From contig NW_024704742.1 in the NCBI RefSeq assembly GCF_018977255.1, positions 98,024,001 to 98,088,000 on the forward strand: DNA of 64,000 bases. The letters are read 5' to 3'. Positions 13,935 through 27,203 of the stretch are shown here, one piece after another. Source of the DNA: Callorhinchus milii. Its lineage: Eukaryota. Position 1 is the stretch's first letter. Every line of letters starts with the position of its first letter. The notes below the pieces were generated by a model, which worked only from the letters and a program-made list of their open reading frames with translations, did not search any database and was not told where the DNA came from. The position numbers and the translations under genes were made by a program.

Positions 13935-14300
13935 ATTGTGGCAAAGTGGAGTCCAGTTAGTATATTGGTTAGAGCACTCGCCTCGCAAGCGAGAGGATCT
14001 GGGTTCGATTCCCAGGTGGGGCGAAATCTTAGGCAAGTTTTCTTACTCCACAAGCCTCTGTTTACCGAGCAGTAAGTCAGAACCCGGTTGTTAGTCGATT
14101 GGCAGATTGCTTTCCAGGGGTAATAATCCATTCAATAAAAATAAATAAAAATAATAATAATTTGGTCACTCAATCCAAGACTGTGAGACATTGATGTGCA
14201 CAATTGGCTGCCTTGTTTCACCCACAAAATACACAGTCACTACCCTTTATGGTATAAAGTGATAAGGTGCTATAGCACATGCAAGGATTATTATTATTAT
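13935..14300 (+). mobile_element. tRNA-headed SINE
   Basis: TGGTTAGAGCACTCGCCTCGCAAGCGAGAGGATCTGGGTTCGATTCCC (A/B boxes), core and (TTA)n tail. Confidence 0.85.
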
Positions 14301-14549
14301 AAAGGGCAACATTTGAGAATTGAATAAGAGAGCTAGGTTTGAAATAAATGTGGAGATCCAATTGATGACCAAAAACCAAGAAGGGTGGCAAAAAAAAAAA
14401 TTCTGAAATGAAATGTACTTCGAACAGTCCATGATAACTCAGGGACAGTTTCTTTAAAAAAAAACTTGGGTGCTAGAGCTTACTGCGTGTGTCAAGGTAA
14501 TCGGTTAAATGCATTTTGGAGTATGTGAGTATGCTCACAACTGCATTAA

Positions 14550-15370
14550 ATAACAACAACAAAATTACATTTGTATGGAGCCTTTCATGTCGAGAGGACG
14601 TCCCAAGGGGCTGGACAGACAGAGTTTCGGACCCGCGCTGGGGGTCAGGGTCAGGAAGTGTGGAGGGCAGGGGGGAAGCAGGGAGATCAAAAGCACGGTC
14701 AAAGAGGAGGGTCGTGGGATGGGTCTTGAAGGAAGCGAGACAGAGGGGCTGCGTGATGGAGTTTCAGAGGGTGAGGGCAGAGTGGCAGAAGGCCCGTCCG
14801 CCGATCGAATCCTATGAAAGTTGAGCGTTCATTGTATTCTAAAGGGGACGTGAAGCAGTGGGCGAGACCATGGAGGGCTTTGAAGGTGAGGACAAGGATC
14901 TTGAACTGTATTCTCTGTGATGGGAAGCCAGTGGAGTCGGGCGAGGATGGAGGTGATAGGGTCACAGAGCCTGATGCAGGAGAGGACGCGGGCAGCAGAA
15001 TTCTAGATGCCTATGGAGGGAGGAGTTGGGGAGGCCGACAAGAAATGAGTTTGCGTAGTCAATCCTCAATGTAATGAAAGCATATATGAGGGTTTCAGTG
15101 GCCTGTGGTGCGAGACAGTGATGGAGTTGGGCAATATTGCGGAGGTTGGGGAAGGCAGAGCGGGTCATGTCGCAGATGTGGGGTAGAAAGGATAGTTGAG
15201 GGTCAAACAAGGTTCCGGACTGGCTTAGCGAGGTGGAGTGTGCGACCATGGATGGTGATATTGTCGGCGCCTGAGGTGAGGAGGCGCTGACGGGAGCCAA
15301 TCAGGAGAGCCTCGGTCTTGTGGACGTTCAACTGAAGAAAATTAGCTCTCATCCAGGACTTGATGGTCGA
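14550..15370 (-). mobile_element. L2 LINE 3' fragment
   Basis: FDPQLSFLPHICDMTRSAFPNLRNIAQL...ETLIYAFITLRIDYANSFLVGLP and QRIQFKILVLTFKALHGLA. Confidence 0.9.
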
Positions 15371-15561
15371 TGTCCGATAAATAAGTGTAGGAGATTGGAG
15401 TAAATTAGATTATTAAATCTAAATTAATTAGATTAAAAAAGGTTTAACTTGTTGCAATTTTTTTAAAAAATCACCAGTCCTTAACGTAGTACTGTATAGT
15501 ACAGGGTTAAGAATCCTTTTATGTAAAATGAATTGTTGAACTATTTACTGTTCCAATGCAG

Positions 15562-15702
15562 CAATCCTGCTGATGTTAGCGTGCTCGTACCAGGAGCAGG
15601 ACTTGGAAGACTTGCGTGGGAGATTGCCAGACTAGGCTTTAACTGCCAGGGTAACGAGTGGAGTCTATTTATGCTCTTCTCTTCACATTTTGTACTTAAC
15701 AG
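15562..15702 (+). CDS. CARNMT1: CARNMT1 coding exon 4 (SAM-binding motif I)
   Basis: tgcag|C AAT CCT...AAC AG|gtatgt; [41 protein letters not shown]. Confidence 0.97.
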
Positions 15703-15883
15703 GTATGTGTCTAAGTTCATGTTTAAGTGTTCTGATATGCTACCCCGTGTGAAGGGTGCTATACAAATGCAAGTTGATGAATAGAGCTATTTTACGTTTA
15801 AATTATTAAGCCAGGTTATTTAGTATTTTTGAAACTTTAAAAGTGTATAATTAGCTTGCCAGGTCATTGTGTTTTTTTTGTAG

Positions 15884-16062
15884 ATGTCCTGGAGTTAACA
15901 CAATGACACTTTATCCCTGGATCCATCAGTTTAGTAACAACAAGAGATCAGCTGATCAGATTCGACCAGTGTATTTCCCTGACGTTAATCCTCATAGTCT
16001 TCCATCTTATGCAAACTTTTCTATGACAGCAGGAGACTTTCAGGAGATATATGTGGAACCAA
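15884..16062 (+). CDS. CARNMT1: CARNMT1 coding exon 5
   Basis: tgtag|A TGT CCT...CCA A|gtaagt; [48 protein letters not shown]. Confidence 0.97.
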
Positions 16063-16794
16063 GTAAGTAGGCTGCTTTCCTAGCATTTCTTAAACTGTTT
16101 GCTAATTTTTTTAACCCATAGTATATGTGTTAATAACAGACCAGAAATTTGTTACATGTTAGGTATTTCAATTGGCTCTTTCTTTTCAAGTTGGGTTGTT
16201 TTACTGTGGGCAGGACATTTATTGTGGGGCATTTCACCCACAAAATGTACAATCAATTCGCTTTACAATATATTCTGTGAAATGCTTTGAGACGTCTCGA
16301 AGACCAGATAAGGCACTATATCAAATGTTAGAATTATTATAATTATTATTATTGTGGTAACAGTTTTTGAGAAATGCACATTATGTTTTTAGATACAGTA
16401 TTTGACTCTTCTAGGCTAAGTAGTTATTTCATTGGAGTCTGGACAGTTTCAAGAGGAAATAGAAAGGTTAACGTGATGAGGAGGATCGAGGGGGGTTATG
16501 TGAGAAAGAAAGCTACAGTTCTGGCCAGTCTTTACTAGTCATATTCATTTCAATTGGTAGGGGCCCATGAGGTTTATTGAAAGCTCAGAAGTAGAGGAAT
16601 GTTAGCAAACACAATAAATGAAAGATGGATAAAATGCTTGTCTTAACCATGCATCCTGCCACTTGTAAAGGAATTGAAAAAACAGGAGGATGTAGTAGAA
16701 GAAATCATTCCTATCATACTAAAACAGGAGTATTAGAGAATGTTGAACTACTTTTACGACTTTAATATTGTCTTTGGTTATTCTTTATTGACAG

Positions 16795-16908
16795 ATACGT
16801 GGGACTGTGTAGCAACATGTTTCTTTATTGACACAGCGCATAATGTTGTTGATTACATTGACACAATATGGAAAATTCTGAAGTTTGGAGGAATCTGGAT
16901 AAATCTCG
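16795..16908 (+). CDS. CARNMT1: CARNMT1 coding exon 6
   Basis: gacag|AT ACG TGG...CTC G|gtgggt; [37 protein letters not shown]. Confidence 0.97.
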
Positions 16909-18979
16909 GTGGGTATCCTCTGAATACCCTATTTACATCTGAAGTTTTTTTCCCCCCCGTGTTGAAAACAGCTAAAATTAAATACCTGTGTATTGCTGTT
17001 GTATTTTTCAAATGTGCATCCTAAGACTAATTTGTTTCAGCATTTGAACTAAAACCTTAGAAAATGATTAAAACCAAATTTGTCTTATCATTAGCCAAAT
17101 TTTTATTCTGCCTGTCTGTGAAAAAAAAGTCACATCAGTGTGGATAGTTAGTGAAGAAAATGCTCTGTGTATGTCTGTTCTATGTTTTCTCCAGAAATAA
17201 TGATCACAACTGCCTTGATTCCTTAAGGTATAGCCATAATAAAGTAAAATATGACTAGGCTGCTATCTGCTTTATGAATGTAATGCAGGAATACTAATTA
17301 CAAACACTAGTGGTATTTAAATTATGTTCCTCTGATGCTTTTCCACCTATTTCCTTATATAGACAACACAATGCATCGTGCAAAGTGCAAAACCTGATAA
17401 AGAAATCACCTTGAAGACTCTTTGTAGGTGACCATTATTCTGAAGATTGTGTGTGTGTTCTTTTTACATTTTAATACATAAATATATAAGATGAGCAGAC
17501 TAGAGAACTTATCTGACGTAGATGTACCTCGACGTTATCAATCATGCCATGTATTAATGGTTAGTGGGAAGACTAGTGGCATGGACTTTATTGTGATCTA
17601 CATAGGCAGGATACAATTGTAAAAAGGTTATGGGAATATAATGTAATAGAATTTGTCCGAAGGACAATGTTAAAACTAAAGGTTAGATCTGTAGTGAAAG
17701 ATCCTGGAGAATTTTGAAAACCTGTAAAATGAATAGATAGCCTGGAAAAGACCATTTATAATACCCCACATTTTAAAGAACATGATCATTATTTTGTACA
17801 GTCAATTGGGCTCATTGAGCCTGTTCCTTTTTCCATTTACAATCTGTTACAATGCATTCTACCCAACAAATCATAATCTAATTAAATCATACAATGGAGA
17901 GTCTTGTAAAAATATATTTTCCCTAACCTCACAAAGGTGTTGGAGTAAAACTCTTAAAATGTCTGTCTAAACTTAAACTGACGTTTCCATGGATCCACAA
18001 CACAGGACCAATTGTCTTCCACAGAGAACGTATATTTTTATGTATTTCTCAACTCCAGTCTCATTATTAACTAGATATTGAACTGACTTTTTAAAAACAA
18101 AATAATTGACTAATATTACCTATCTGCATATTTGTGTGTTTGTGTGTGTGTGTGGGGGAGGTGGGTGGGGGTAGATGGTGAGAGCGCAGTAAACTCCCAT
18201 TTAATTCTAGTCTTGCTTGATCTTTGTTAATTTTGTTCTCATGCCTTCTTGTTCTGCACCCATTGTCCAATAACCTGCTTACAGTTACATTATCTAAAGC
18301 TCTCAGCATTTTAAAGACCTGGATCATATGCCCTCTGACTTTTCTAATGGAAGTGTAGGGGATCTACGTAGCTACTCAGAATTGTTTTCAGAATCCTATG
18401 AAGGTTGAGCACTCATTGTATTCTAAATGTGATTTTACAAATGAGTTATCTATTGTTAAAATAAACTATTGATTTACCATAGATGCCTTCAGACCCATTC
18501 TAGTTGTTGACTGGTCTTATTAGTAATAGGCCTGTAGCAATTGGGTATACTTTGTGTATGGTAATCACATCCAGACCATCCTCCTTCTCCACTTATTCCA
18601 CTTATTTATTGTGCAACATAGTTCATTGTGCACTATTGGCCATTCATTGGCCTTTACTTGTAATGGTTTGGGTTCCTATCAAATTTCTATACACTAGTCA
18701 CATAGTTGTAATGATTGAGGACATTGTCAAAATTATCCATCATGTTTATACTGCAGTTTAACATAAAATGAATTCAAGCCCATTTCTTAGAGTGGAACAC
18801 AAAAAATATGGCTTGGCTTCTTCTAGTCAGCATATATTTAGACACATTAATGAAATAGTAATTTTAACAAATATTTCATTTTTAGCCACTTTTTTTTTAA
18901 AAAAACCCATTTGTGAAAAAATCATATTCGTGATTACCATCCGTAGTTCTAAATTTATACAATCTAAATTTAAAATCTA

Positions 18980-19650
18980 AATGATACATGGAAAGAAATT
19001 TTCAGCCCAGAAGAAGCTTATTTGGCCCATCCACTCTCAGCCACTGCTACATGTAACACCAAATCACCCTGTCATTTATCCCATTTATCCAGTTTCTTTT
19101 GACCAATTTCCATTGATCTAGCCTCAGCAGCTTTCTGTGGTGATGAGTTCTAAACTCTTAACAGCGCTCTGGGAAAATAATTGCTCCACTAAATTTTGTT
19201 CCAACAATCTAAGATTGTGCTCTGATTGTCACCGATTCCCCAACCAAAAGATCTTTTTTCCTATTCCGTCTTATCACATTCCTTCAGAATCTTGAAATGA
19301 CTCCATCTTATTCCTTTATCGTGAAAGAAACTATATACTGTACATGTAAATTTGTATTGTATCATATACCTTCTCAATCTCTGCTTCACTCAAAAAGCCC
19401 CAATTTAGCCAGTCTCTCTTTATGTGTACATTTTCTGTTCAATATTATCCCAGTGTATATGTGCTGCACCCTCTCTAGAACTGACATCTTTCCATAATAG
19501 AGACCCAAATTCTCCCAAATACAGTCTAACCAATGTTCTATACAATTCAAACATGACTTCTCTATTTTATATTAAATATTCCTCTTTATAAGTCCTAAAC
19601 TCCATTTGTCTTCTTGACAGCTCTTGGGACTTGCCGTTCCACATTGAATT
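18980..19650 (-). mobile_element. Old CR1 3' fragment
   Basis: Reverse CR1-type motifs (TTTGGCCCATC, TGCTGCACCCTCTC, TACAGTCTAACCAATG). Confidence 0.55.
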
Positions 19651-19764
19651 AATTAAAGATATGTTCTCTCAGATTTTGATACTAATACCTTAGTTTTGTG
19701 ATTTATCCTAATTTTGTCATTGTGAATAATGGCTTGAGTTATTTTTCTTTGTATGTCTGCTTGT

Positions 19765-21317
19765 TTCCTTTTTTATTTTGATGAAGTAATGGAGGGTGGA
19801 TTAAGGTGGTGCAGTTGATGTAGTTTATATGTATTTTCAAAAGGCGTTTGATAAAGTGCCACATATGAGACTTGTAAGCAAAGTAGAAGCCCATGGTATT
19901 AAAGTGACAGTGGCAGCATGGATACAGAACTGGCCGGGAGACAAAGCAAAGAGTCGTGGTGAACGGTTGTTTTTCTGACTGGAGGGAAGTGTGCAGTGGT
20001 ATCCCTCAGGGGTCGGTATTGGGACCACTGCTCGTTTTGATCTATATACATGACCTGGACTTGAGTATAGGGAGTACAGTTTCCAAGTTTGCAGATGGTA
20101 CTAAGCTAGGAAAGGTAGTAAACAATGAGGAGGATAGTAGTAAACTGCAAGAGGACATAGACAGACTTGTAAAATGGGCAGACACGTGGCAGATGAAGTT
20201 TAATGTAGAGAAATGCCAAGTGATGCATTTTGGGAGGAAGAATGAGGAGAGGCAATATAAGCTGATGGTACAATCTTAAAGGGGGTGAAGGAACAGAGAG
20301 ACCGGGGGGTTCATATAAGTAAATCTTTGAAGGTGGCACAACAGGTAGATAAAGCTGTTAAAAAACGTATACGGGATACTAGACTTTATAAATAGGGGCA
20401 TAGAATACAAAAGTCAGGAAGTTATGATGAACTCGTGGAATCCTGTAGCTCAGTGGTTAGAGCACTCGCTTTGCAAGCGAGAGGCCTGAGTTCAATTCCA
20501 GGCAGGGCGAAACCTTGGGCAAGTTTCCTTACTCCACACGCCTAATAATAATCCCTCCAAAACCAAAACAATAATAAATTGGTCATCTTCAATCTACTAC
20601 TGTTTGCGGGACATTGCTGTGCGCAATTGGCTGCTGCGTTCGCCCACATATACAGTCAATTCACTTTACAGTGTGGTCTGTGAAGCGTTTTGGGACGTCC
20701 TCCCGACGTGAAAAGCGCTATATCAAATGCAAGGATTATTATTATTATTATATGAACCTTTATAAACACTGGTTACGCCTCAGTTAGAACTGTGTTCAGT
20801 TCTGGGCACCACACTTTAGGAAGGATGTCAAGGCATTGGAGAGGTTGTAAAGGAAATTTACCAGAATGGTACCAGGAATGAGTGACTTCAGTTATCAGGA
20901 GAAGCTAGGATTATTCTCCTTGGGTAGGGAAGGTTAAGAGGAGACTGATTAGAAGTTTTCAAAGTTATGAGGGGGTTCGATAGGGTGAACAAGGAGAAAC
21001 TATTTCCACTGGCAGGTGGGTCAGTAACCCTAGGACACCGATTTAAAATAGTTCTTAAAGAAAGAGAGGGGAGATGATGAGAATTTTTTTCACTCAGCAA
21101 GTTTTTTGAATCTGGAATGCATTGGCTGAAAAGGTGTTGGAAGATGATTCGATAACAGCGTTTAAGAGTGGTGGATAGTTATTTGGGGAGGATAAGTTTG
21201 CAAGGCAATGGGGAGAGAGCAGGGGAGTGGGATTGATTTGGATAGCTCTTTTCAAAGAGCAGGCATAGACACGATGGGCCGAATGGCCTCCTTCTGTGCT
21301 ATATGATTCTATGATTC
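19765..21317 (+). mobile_element. CR1 LINE 3' fragment (RT region) interrupted by a SINE
   Basis: SGIPQGSVLGPLLVLIYIHDLD...SKFADGTKLG...WQMKFNVEKC; 3' tail (ATGATTCT)2 at ~21302-21318. Confidence 0.92.
20433..20751 (+). mobile_element. Complete tRNA(Ala)-like SINE with target-site duplication
   Basis: GTAGCTCAGTGGTTAGAGC...CTCGC TTTGCAA GCGAG...GAGTTCAATTCC head, Deu-like core, L2-type tail, (TTA)n; flanked by ATGAAC at 20427-20432 and 20752-20757. Confidence 0.93.
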
Positions 21318-21359
21318 TCTCTTCCCTAATCCCTTTTACTCCTTTTTTTTCTCTTCAAC

Positions 21360-21527
21360 TGTGCCTTCAGCTCCCCTTTCGACTCTCTACCCCCTCCTCG
21401 CTCCCTCCCTCCTCTCCCTCACCCTGACCATTTCCCCCTGCTCAGGTCCCGACCCAACTGTCCAGCGCCTTGGGACGTCCTCCCGACATGAAAGGCGCTC
21501 TATAAATGCAATCTTGTTGTTGTTGTT
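21360..21527 (+). mobile_element. L2 3' end
   Basis: CTGTCCAGCGCCTTGGGACGTCCTCCCGACATGAAAGGCGCTCTATAAATGCAATC(TTG)n. Confidence 0.75.
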
Positions 21528-23524
21528 CTCCATTCTTTCATTTCCAATACTATCTTTGAGAAGATGACCAGAGTAAACAAACAACATAGAGAAGAATGAC
21601 CTGAGATCAACCTAAGAATGATCTTAGGTTGCTAGGAAACTTCTGGTTGTAAGACATTTCTGCACAGAAACCTATATGGCCAGCAGATATTAAGGAAATG
21701 CTTGTTACTGAAGTAAGGATATGCTAGTTATGAGTGAGGAAAGGGGGAAATATGACAACCAATTGAAGGAGCTGTAGAATCCCATCATTCTCTTGTACCA
21801 AACCATGCTGTCATGCAATGCGGCAAGCACTATTCTTGTATTTGTTGTGGAACAACAACAACTTGCGCCCTTCACGTGGGGTAGCCCAGAGCGCTTGGAG
21901 GACCAGGAACATAGATGACTGAGGAAGAGTGCAGTAATGACTAGTTGCCATAAGTATTTTCACACTCTTAATTTTTGTATAACCCTTAGACTGACTGGAG
22001 GTCCAGGGAAACTGTCTGGCTGTGTCAAGCAGTTCTGGATAACTTTGACTTTAAAATTAAATCCTAATAATAAATGTCAGGAATTGTTTTATTACTAAAC
22101 ACAATTTAAGTAGAAATAATTATTTGTTTTGATTTGGGCTCACCCTGGCATTCCTTTTTCCTTTTCTCTTGCATATATTTATTTTCCTTAACCTTAATCC
22201 TTTTAGTTCTTGCAACACATTTGTGTTTGAAGCTATTTATCTTGTCTTTCTTTCATCTTCTTGACCATATTTAACAAGTCCTTCCTTAGGATCATTCCCT
22301 TATCTCTCATCACATTCTCTCCCACATAGTCTAGCATGTGTTCCCTTGACTGCCTTTGATGACCCAACTTCCTCATCTTGGGTCCCAGTTTAACTTATAG
22401 TAACATCTCTCCATCTTCTATAACGGTACATCCTCTTATCACTGCTGTCATCTCTACCTTCTCAAAAAAATAACCTCAACAACTTTACCCTCTTAAACTA
22501 TTGCCTTACCTCTGGCTTGCCATTTCTTTATGAAGTACTGGAACATGCGACTTTCCAATGTATCTCCCTTCTCTCCCCCTATTCCCTCTTTGAGACTATT
22601 CAGCTTGGTTTTCAGTTTGCTCAGAGCACTGGCACCACCCTGGTTAAATACACGCATGATTTCCTATCTCTGTGACCATGGCTCACTATCCCTCCTCCTC
22701 TTCCTTCACTTCTCTTCATATTTGACACAGATGACTACTCTATTCTCCATTTTGTTTGGCCAAATTCTGCGGCTTTGCACTTTATTGATTCTACTCCTAT
22801 GTTTATCACCATCTCCACTATATTTTTCTATCTCTGGGACATTGCGTGTTTACATCCTTGCCTCACTCTCTCCACTGCTGAAATACTCTTTCATACATTT
22901 ATCCTTTGAGTAGATTTCTCCAGTGATCTCTTCACCACCCTCCACAAGCTCCAATCAGAATTTGGCAGTGAATTCTCTCCCACAACAAGCTCTGCACTCC
23001 TATCATCACCATGTTTGGAATGTGTAGCAGAAGAATTGCATTACTATACGGAACTCACCAGTGAGAATGACTTAAGACCAAGATTATTGCTTTAGAATAT
23101 AATGCATTACTTTTGATGTCACATCAGACCACCCAATCTGTTCATAAATGAGGGCTGAATGTCTACAGGATCATCATAGCATTAGGATCAATAATGTATG
23201 TGTTAATTGTTAAATGTAGCACGGTGCAATTGTGATTTGAGTACTGTAATAGCACTTTTGCTTCAGGTTTTTTAAAAATGGAATTTGTTTATTTTGGCTG
23301 CTGAATACTGCAAATGAAACAACGGGACAGACCTCAATGCATTTTTAACAGAAACTATGATTATATTGAATGGATTAATGCCCAATTAATCAAACTTTTG
23401 TTGATTAACTAACATAACATAGAATTTTCCTGTATATATATAGGGTTTCAGTTAAATTAATTCTAATCTTACAAATAAATGAATTTGGTAAGAGTATTAC
23501 ATAATCTATCCTAATTTATTCTAG

Positions 23525-23628
23525 GTCCTTTGCTGTACCATTTTGAAAATATGGCAAATGAAAACTCAATAGAACTGAGTTACGAAGACATCAGGCATGT
23601 CATTGTTCAATATGGATTTCAATTAGAG
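23525..23628 (+). CDS. CARNMT1: CARNMT1 coding exon 7
   Basis: ttctag|GT CCT TTG...TTA GAG|gtgaga; [34 protein letters not shown] (not in the ORF track). Confidence 0.95.
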
Positions 23629-24833
23629 GTGAGAACTTATAAATTGGGGAAGTCTAACATATTCTAAATAGTTTAAGATTCTGAAAGGGCAGTTTAATAC
23701 TGCTTTTTGAATGCATGTATAGTAGTGAATCAAATGATTTTGGCAGGGATTCTGCACTAAATAGGGAAAAGTTAGTCATTTTCCTGTGTTTTCACCATAA
23801 GTGGGGTTTCAGCCAGAATCATGTTGGAACTGCTGTTTGTGATACCACCCTGGGGAGCTGGTGTCAGGAATAGTGTGATTTTTTTCATTCCAGTCTAAAA
23901 TAATGGATGTGAATGACATGAGTTTTCTTTCAGTGTTTTGTTAAGATACTGTTGGGTGGTCTAGGGCTAGGCACTTTCAATAACTATTTTGCTTTGTTAT
24001 TGAAGAGCAAGTCACATGACCAATGTTACAACATTAAAAAAAATAACATCTGATTTTGGCAATCTGTTCACTTGTCAAACTGTGGATTTGCAGAACTCTG
24101 AGTGATGAGAGGGTTCGCAGTTCCCTAATCACATTGGACTTCCTTCCAACGTGAAAAGGACTAAACCAAATGTAAGAATTATTATAGAGATATTGAGCAT
24201 GAAATTTAAATCAGACTTTCACATTACCGTACTGCTAAGAACAAAATTTAATATTACACTGAGCAAATTTCTTTGGGGATGAAATACACTTTTCCTGCAA
24301 TAAAGAATGCTAACTGAGTTACTGATTTCAATTTAGCTTTAAAGAGGCAGAGTACGAGAGGTGAATGAGAGACTAGGGCAGAGCAGGAGAGGCAAGAGGG
24401 AGGCTGGGCAGATAAGATAAGTGAACAGTAAACTGGAGCAGAGTTGGCACTGAAGAGACAAACAAAATATTGGGAAATAAATTCTATAACTAAACAATTA
24501 AGACGGAAAACATTTCACAGGTGAGGATTGGTGAGGAAATAAGATAAGATAGAAATAATTATGAGAAAATGAATGAAATTGTAAAGGAGGTTGTGACAGA
24601 AGTGAAATGATTAATATTAAGCAATTTTAATTTAAAAATAACAAAGTGGTAGTGAAAAATTAAAAACAAACTTTACAAAAGTTAAAATATATTGGGCCTG
24701 TTACCTAAGCACAGATACAATTCTAATAGAGAAGGGTGATATAGAACTGTCTTTCTGCTGAAAAACTAAATATACATTATTGAATTTCAGAAATAATTAA
24801 CTGATGAAAACGATGTGGCATTTTGTATTTCAG

Positions 24834-24974
24834 ATGGAAAAGAACTCTGTAGCATCCACATACACAGAAAATGACCAATCCATGTTAAAATACCTTTATG
24901 ACTGTGTCTTCTTTGTAGCCAGAAAGCCAAAACACTCATCCAACCTGAATGGTTTTCCACCAACAAATTGTTGA
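24834..24974 (+). CDS. CARNMT1: CARNMT1 last coding exon with stop
   Basis: ttcag|ATG GAA AAG...[52 protein letters not shown]. Confidence 0.93.
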   Translation: MEKNSVASTYTENDQSMLKYLYDCVFFVARKPKHSSNLNGFPPTNC

Positions 24975-26082
24975 GAAAGGAAACTTTCATCTCTTCTGGG
25001 GGAGAACAGACAGTATATAAAGCTGGTGAAGAAGGAGTTACTTGGGAGTCAGAACAATATAAATGACTTGGACTACTCTGCTCCAGTCGTGCCTTTTTCT
25101 TTTTAAAATCGACTTCAGGAAATTCAAAACTTCCAGTGGTTCAGTGGATGCCTACGAATGTGCAATGAAATGAGGAATGATTATTGTGATGGGCGAACAG
25201 AGAAAAGCTAAACAAGAGAAACTGGTCCCCAAGATATAAATGTCAATTAGTTGTAGTAAGAATGCAAAAATATTTGCAATTCTGGGCTTTGCATATAATG
25301 GCCACGGTGGTGTTTTTGGACTGTCATTAAGCCATGGTAGCTGATAAGCTACTGCCTCTCAAGCCAATTTGTTTTCATGAGTTTATAATTCTTTACACAA
25401 GTATTTAAAAACAAGGTTTGTTGTTGTGTTCTCTCTACACTTCACTGACCTAAATCTTACTGTATCAGATGAATGTTTTGTAAAAATACCACTATGCATT
25501 TTCAGACTTTTTTAACATGATGAGTGAAATGTTAAGACTTTATCAATGGATTAGGAGCTCATTCAGTATCTTTGTATGAGCTTTTTTTTAGCAAGAAATC
25601 TTTTGGCATATCAATGCACTGTTACAAAGTGATATTGTGAAGACTGGGGAATATCACACAGCACCAAGAACTAGGGAGATCATCATCAATGCTGTGGTAG
25701 GCTAAAACAATGTAACACAACACCCCAGAATGTGCTGTTTTGTATTGCTGCTGGGCACTATGGTCATCTGTATTGAAACTGCTGCCATCACATCAAACAG
25801 AATCCACTTTCAATATCCTTCTATTTTATTTATATCAGTGCAGTATTAATCCCTAAAGAGTATTTTTTTTTAAAAATCTCTTAGCAATAATGAACTGAAA
25901 AGATATATATCAAGACTTTTTTTAAACTAGACAATAATCTGTTTTAGCACTTCATAAAATCCTTGATATATACAGTACTTGACTTAATGTTCGTTATTGC
26001 TTATTCAACATTTGTTGCTCATACTTTTTACCAGTATGTGACCGATATATACAGGATATGCTGTTCACTTGTAACATAGTAC

Positions 26083-26216
26083 AATAAAACCCTGGTGTTC
26101 AAATCGCATGGCACAATCGTGTCTCTGTTACACAATACAAGATTTGATTGTGAAAAATCCTTTTTGTCTGTCACGATGCCTAGATGCAGCTAAGTAAAAT
26201 TGAGAAGCAGAATAAA
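26083..26216 (+). terminator. Candidate CARNMT1 polyadenylation signals
   Basis: AATAAA at 26083-26088 and 26211-26216, after about 1.1 kb of repeat-poor, AT-rich 3'UTR-like sequence. Confidence 0.4.
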
Positions 26217-26699
26217 ATTGCCCTCATTAACTTGTATATAGATGATCTGGAATTATTTCAACAGCACCAAATATTTTTCTTCAAGTTCTATAATTTTAGC
26301 TGGATTCAGTTCTGTCTTTAGACATTGCAACCTACATATAATTCTATATGTAGTTTAAAATCTTGCATTTGACAAGTCCAGATTTTATCATGTATATAAT
26401 GGAAAAATCAGCACTTGTTAAATACAGTAATTATCAACAAACAAAATATGTTATGGTCCTATATGCATAAAAGGACTAAATTTAAACTGACTCATATCCA
26501 GTGGCCTGAGCAAGATTATTGAACATGTTTGTGTCATTCACTGATTTTCGTGATGCCTGTGTCTTGCATCTAGAATACATGAATAGAATAATGTTGATTG
26601 TTGAGATGTGGAGATTTTGTTCAGTGTAATGTACAGGAGATTTTTCGACAATGTTTCTCATTGTGACAGTTTTATGCCTGCAATGTACATTTGTATGTA

Positions 26700-26795
26700 C
26701 AGGGTGACCAAAAAGTCATGATACTATTACAATGTCTTAAAGAAATTATGATTTTTTAAAAATAGGGTAGTTATCACAACTTTTTGATCACCCTG
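26700..26795. mobile_element. 96-bp Tc1/mariner-type MITE
   Basis: TA|CAGGGTGACCAAAAAGTCATGATA ... TATCACAACTTTTTGATCACCCTG|TA: 24-bp terminal inverted repeats (3 mismatches) with TA on both sides. Confidence 0.8.
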
Positions 26796-27039
26796 TAGTC
26801 GATCAGTGCACTGCTTGTTTTGAAACGGTATTATTCTGCGGTGTATCACCCTTAAAAAAAAGCTATGCCCAAATGGGGGAAAATGGGGATAAATTTATGC
26901 TCTCACTGCCACCAGTGTATTCAGATTTAGTTTTATTTAATCCATACAAATGCAATTTATACCCGATCTGTGATTTCTGCACTATTGACACATAATACAC
27001 TTCGATTCATCTATGAGTAGAATGATTTAATTTTAATTA

Positions 27040-27203
27040 CCTATTGAAAATGACCAATTTTATTATTGTTTTTTGGAGGGATTATTATCAGGCGTGTGGC
27101 GTAAGGAAACTTGCCCAAGGTTTCGCCCTCTGCCTGGAATTGAACCCGGGTGTCTCGCTTGCAAAGGCGAGTGCTCTAACCACTGAGCTGCAGGGCTCCA
27201 CGA
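27040..27203 (-). mobile_element. tRNA-headed SINE 5' half
   Basis: Reverse complement TCGTGGAGCCCTGCAGCTCAGTGGTTAGAGCACTCGCCTTTGCAAGCGAG...GGGTTCAATTCC. Confidence 0.85.

Noticed and set aside
20437..20515. tRNA-Ala(TGC) gene (similar heads at 13960, 27130 and 62880)
   Set aside because: No proper acceptor stem or oligo-T terminator; it continues into a SINE core and tail and is flanked by a TSD
21608..21631. Perfect 10-bp hairpin CAACCTAAGA-ATGA-TCTTAGGTTG (a similar 9-bp one lies near 26332)
   Set aside because: Short and isolated with no supporting context, so chance cannot be excluded
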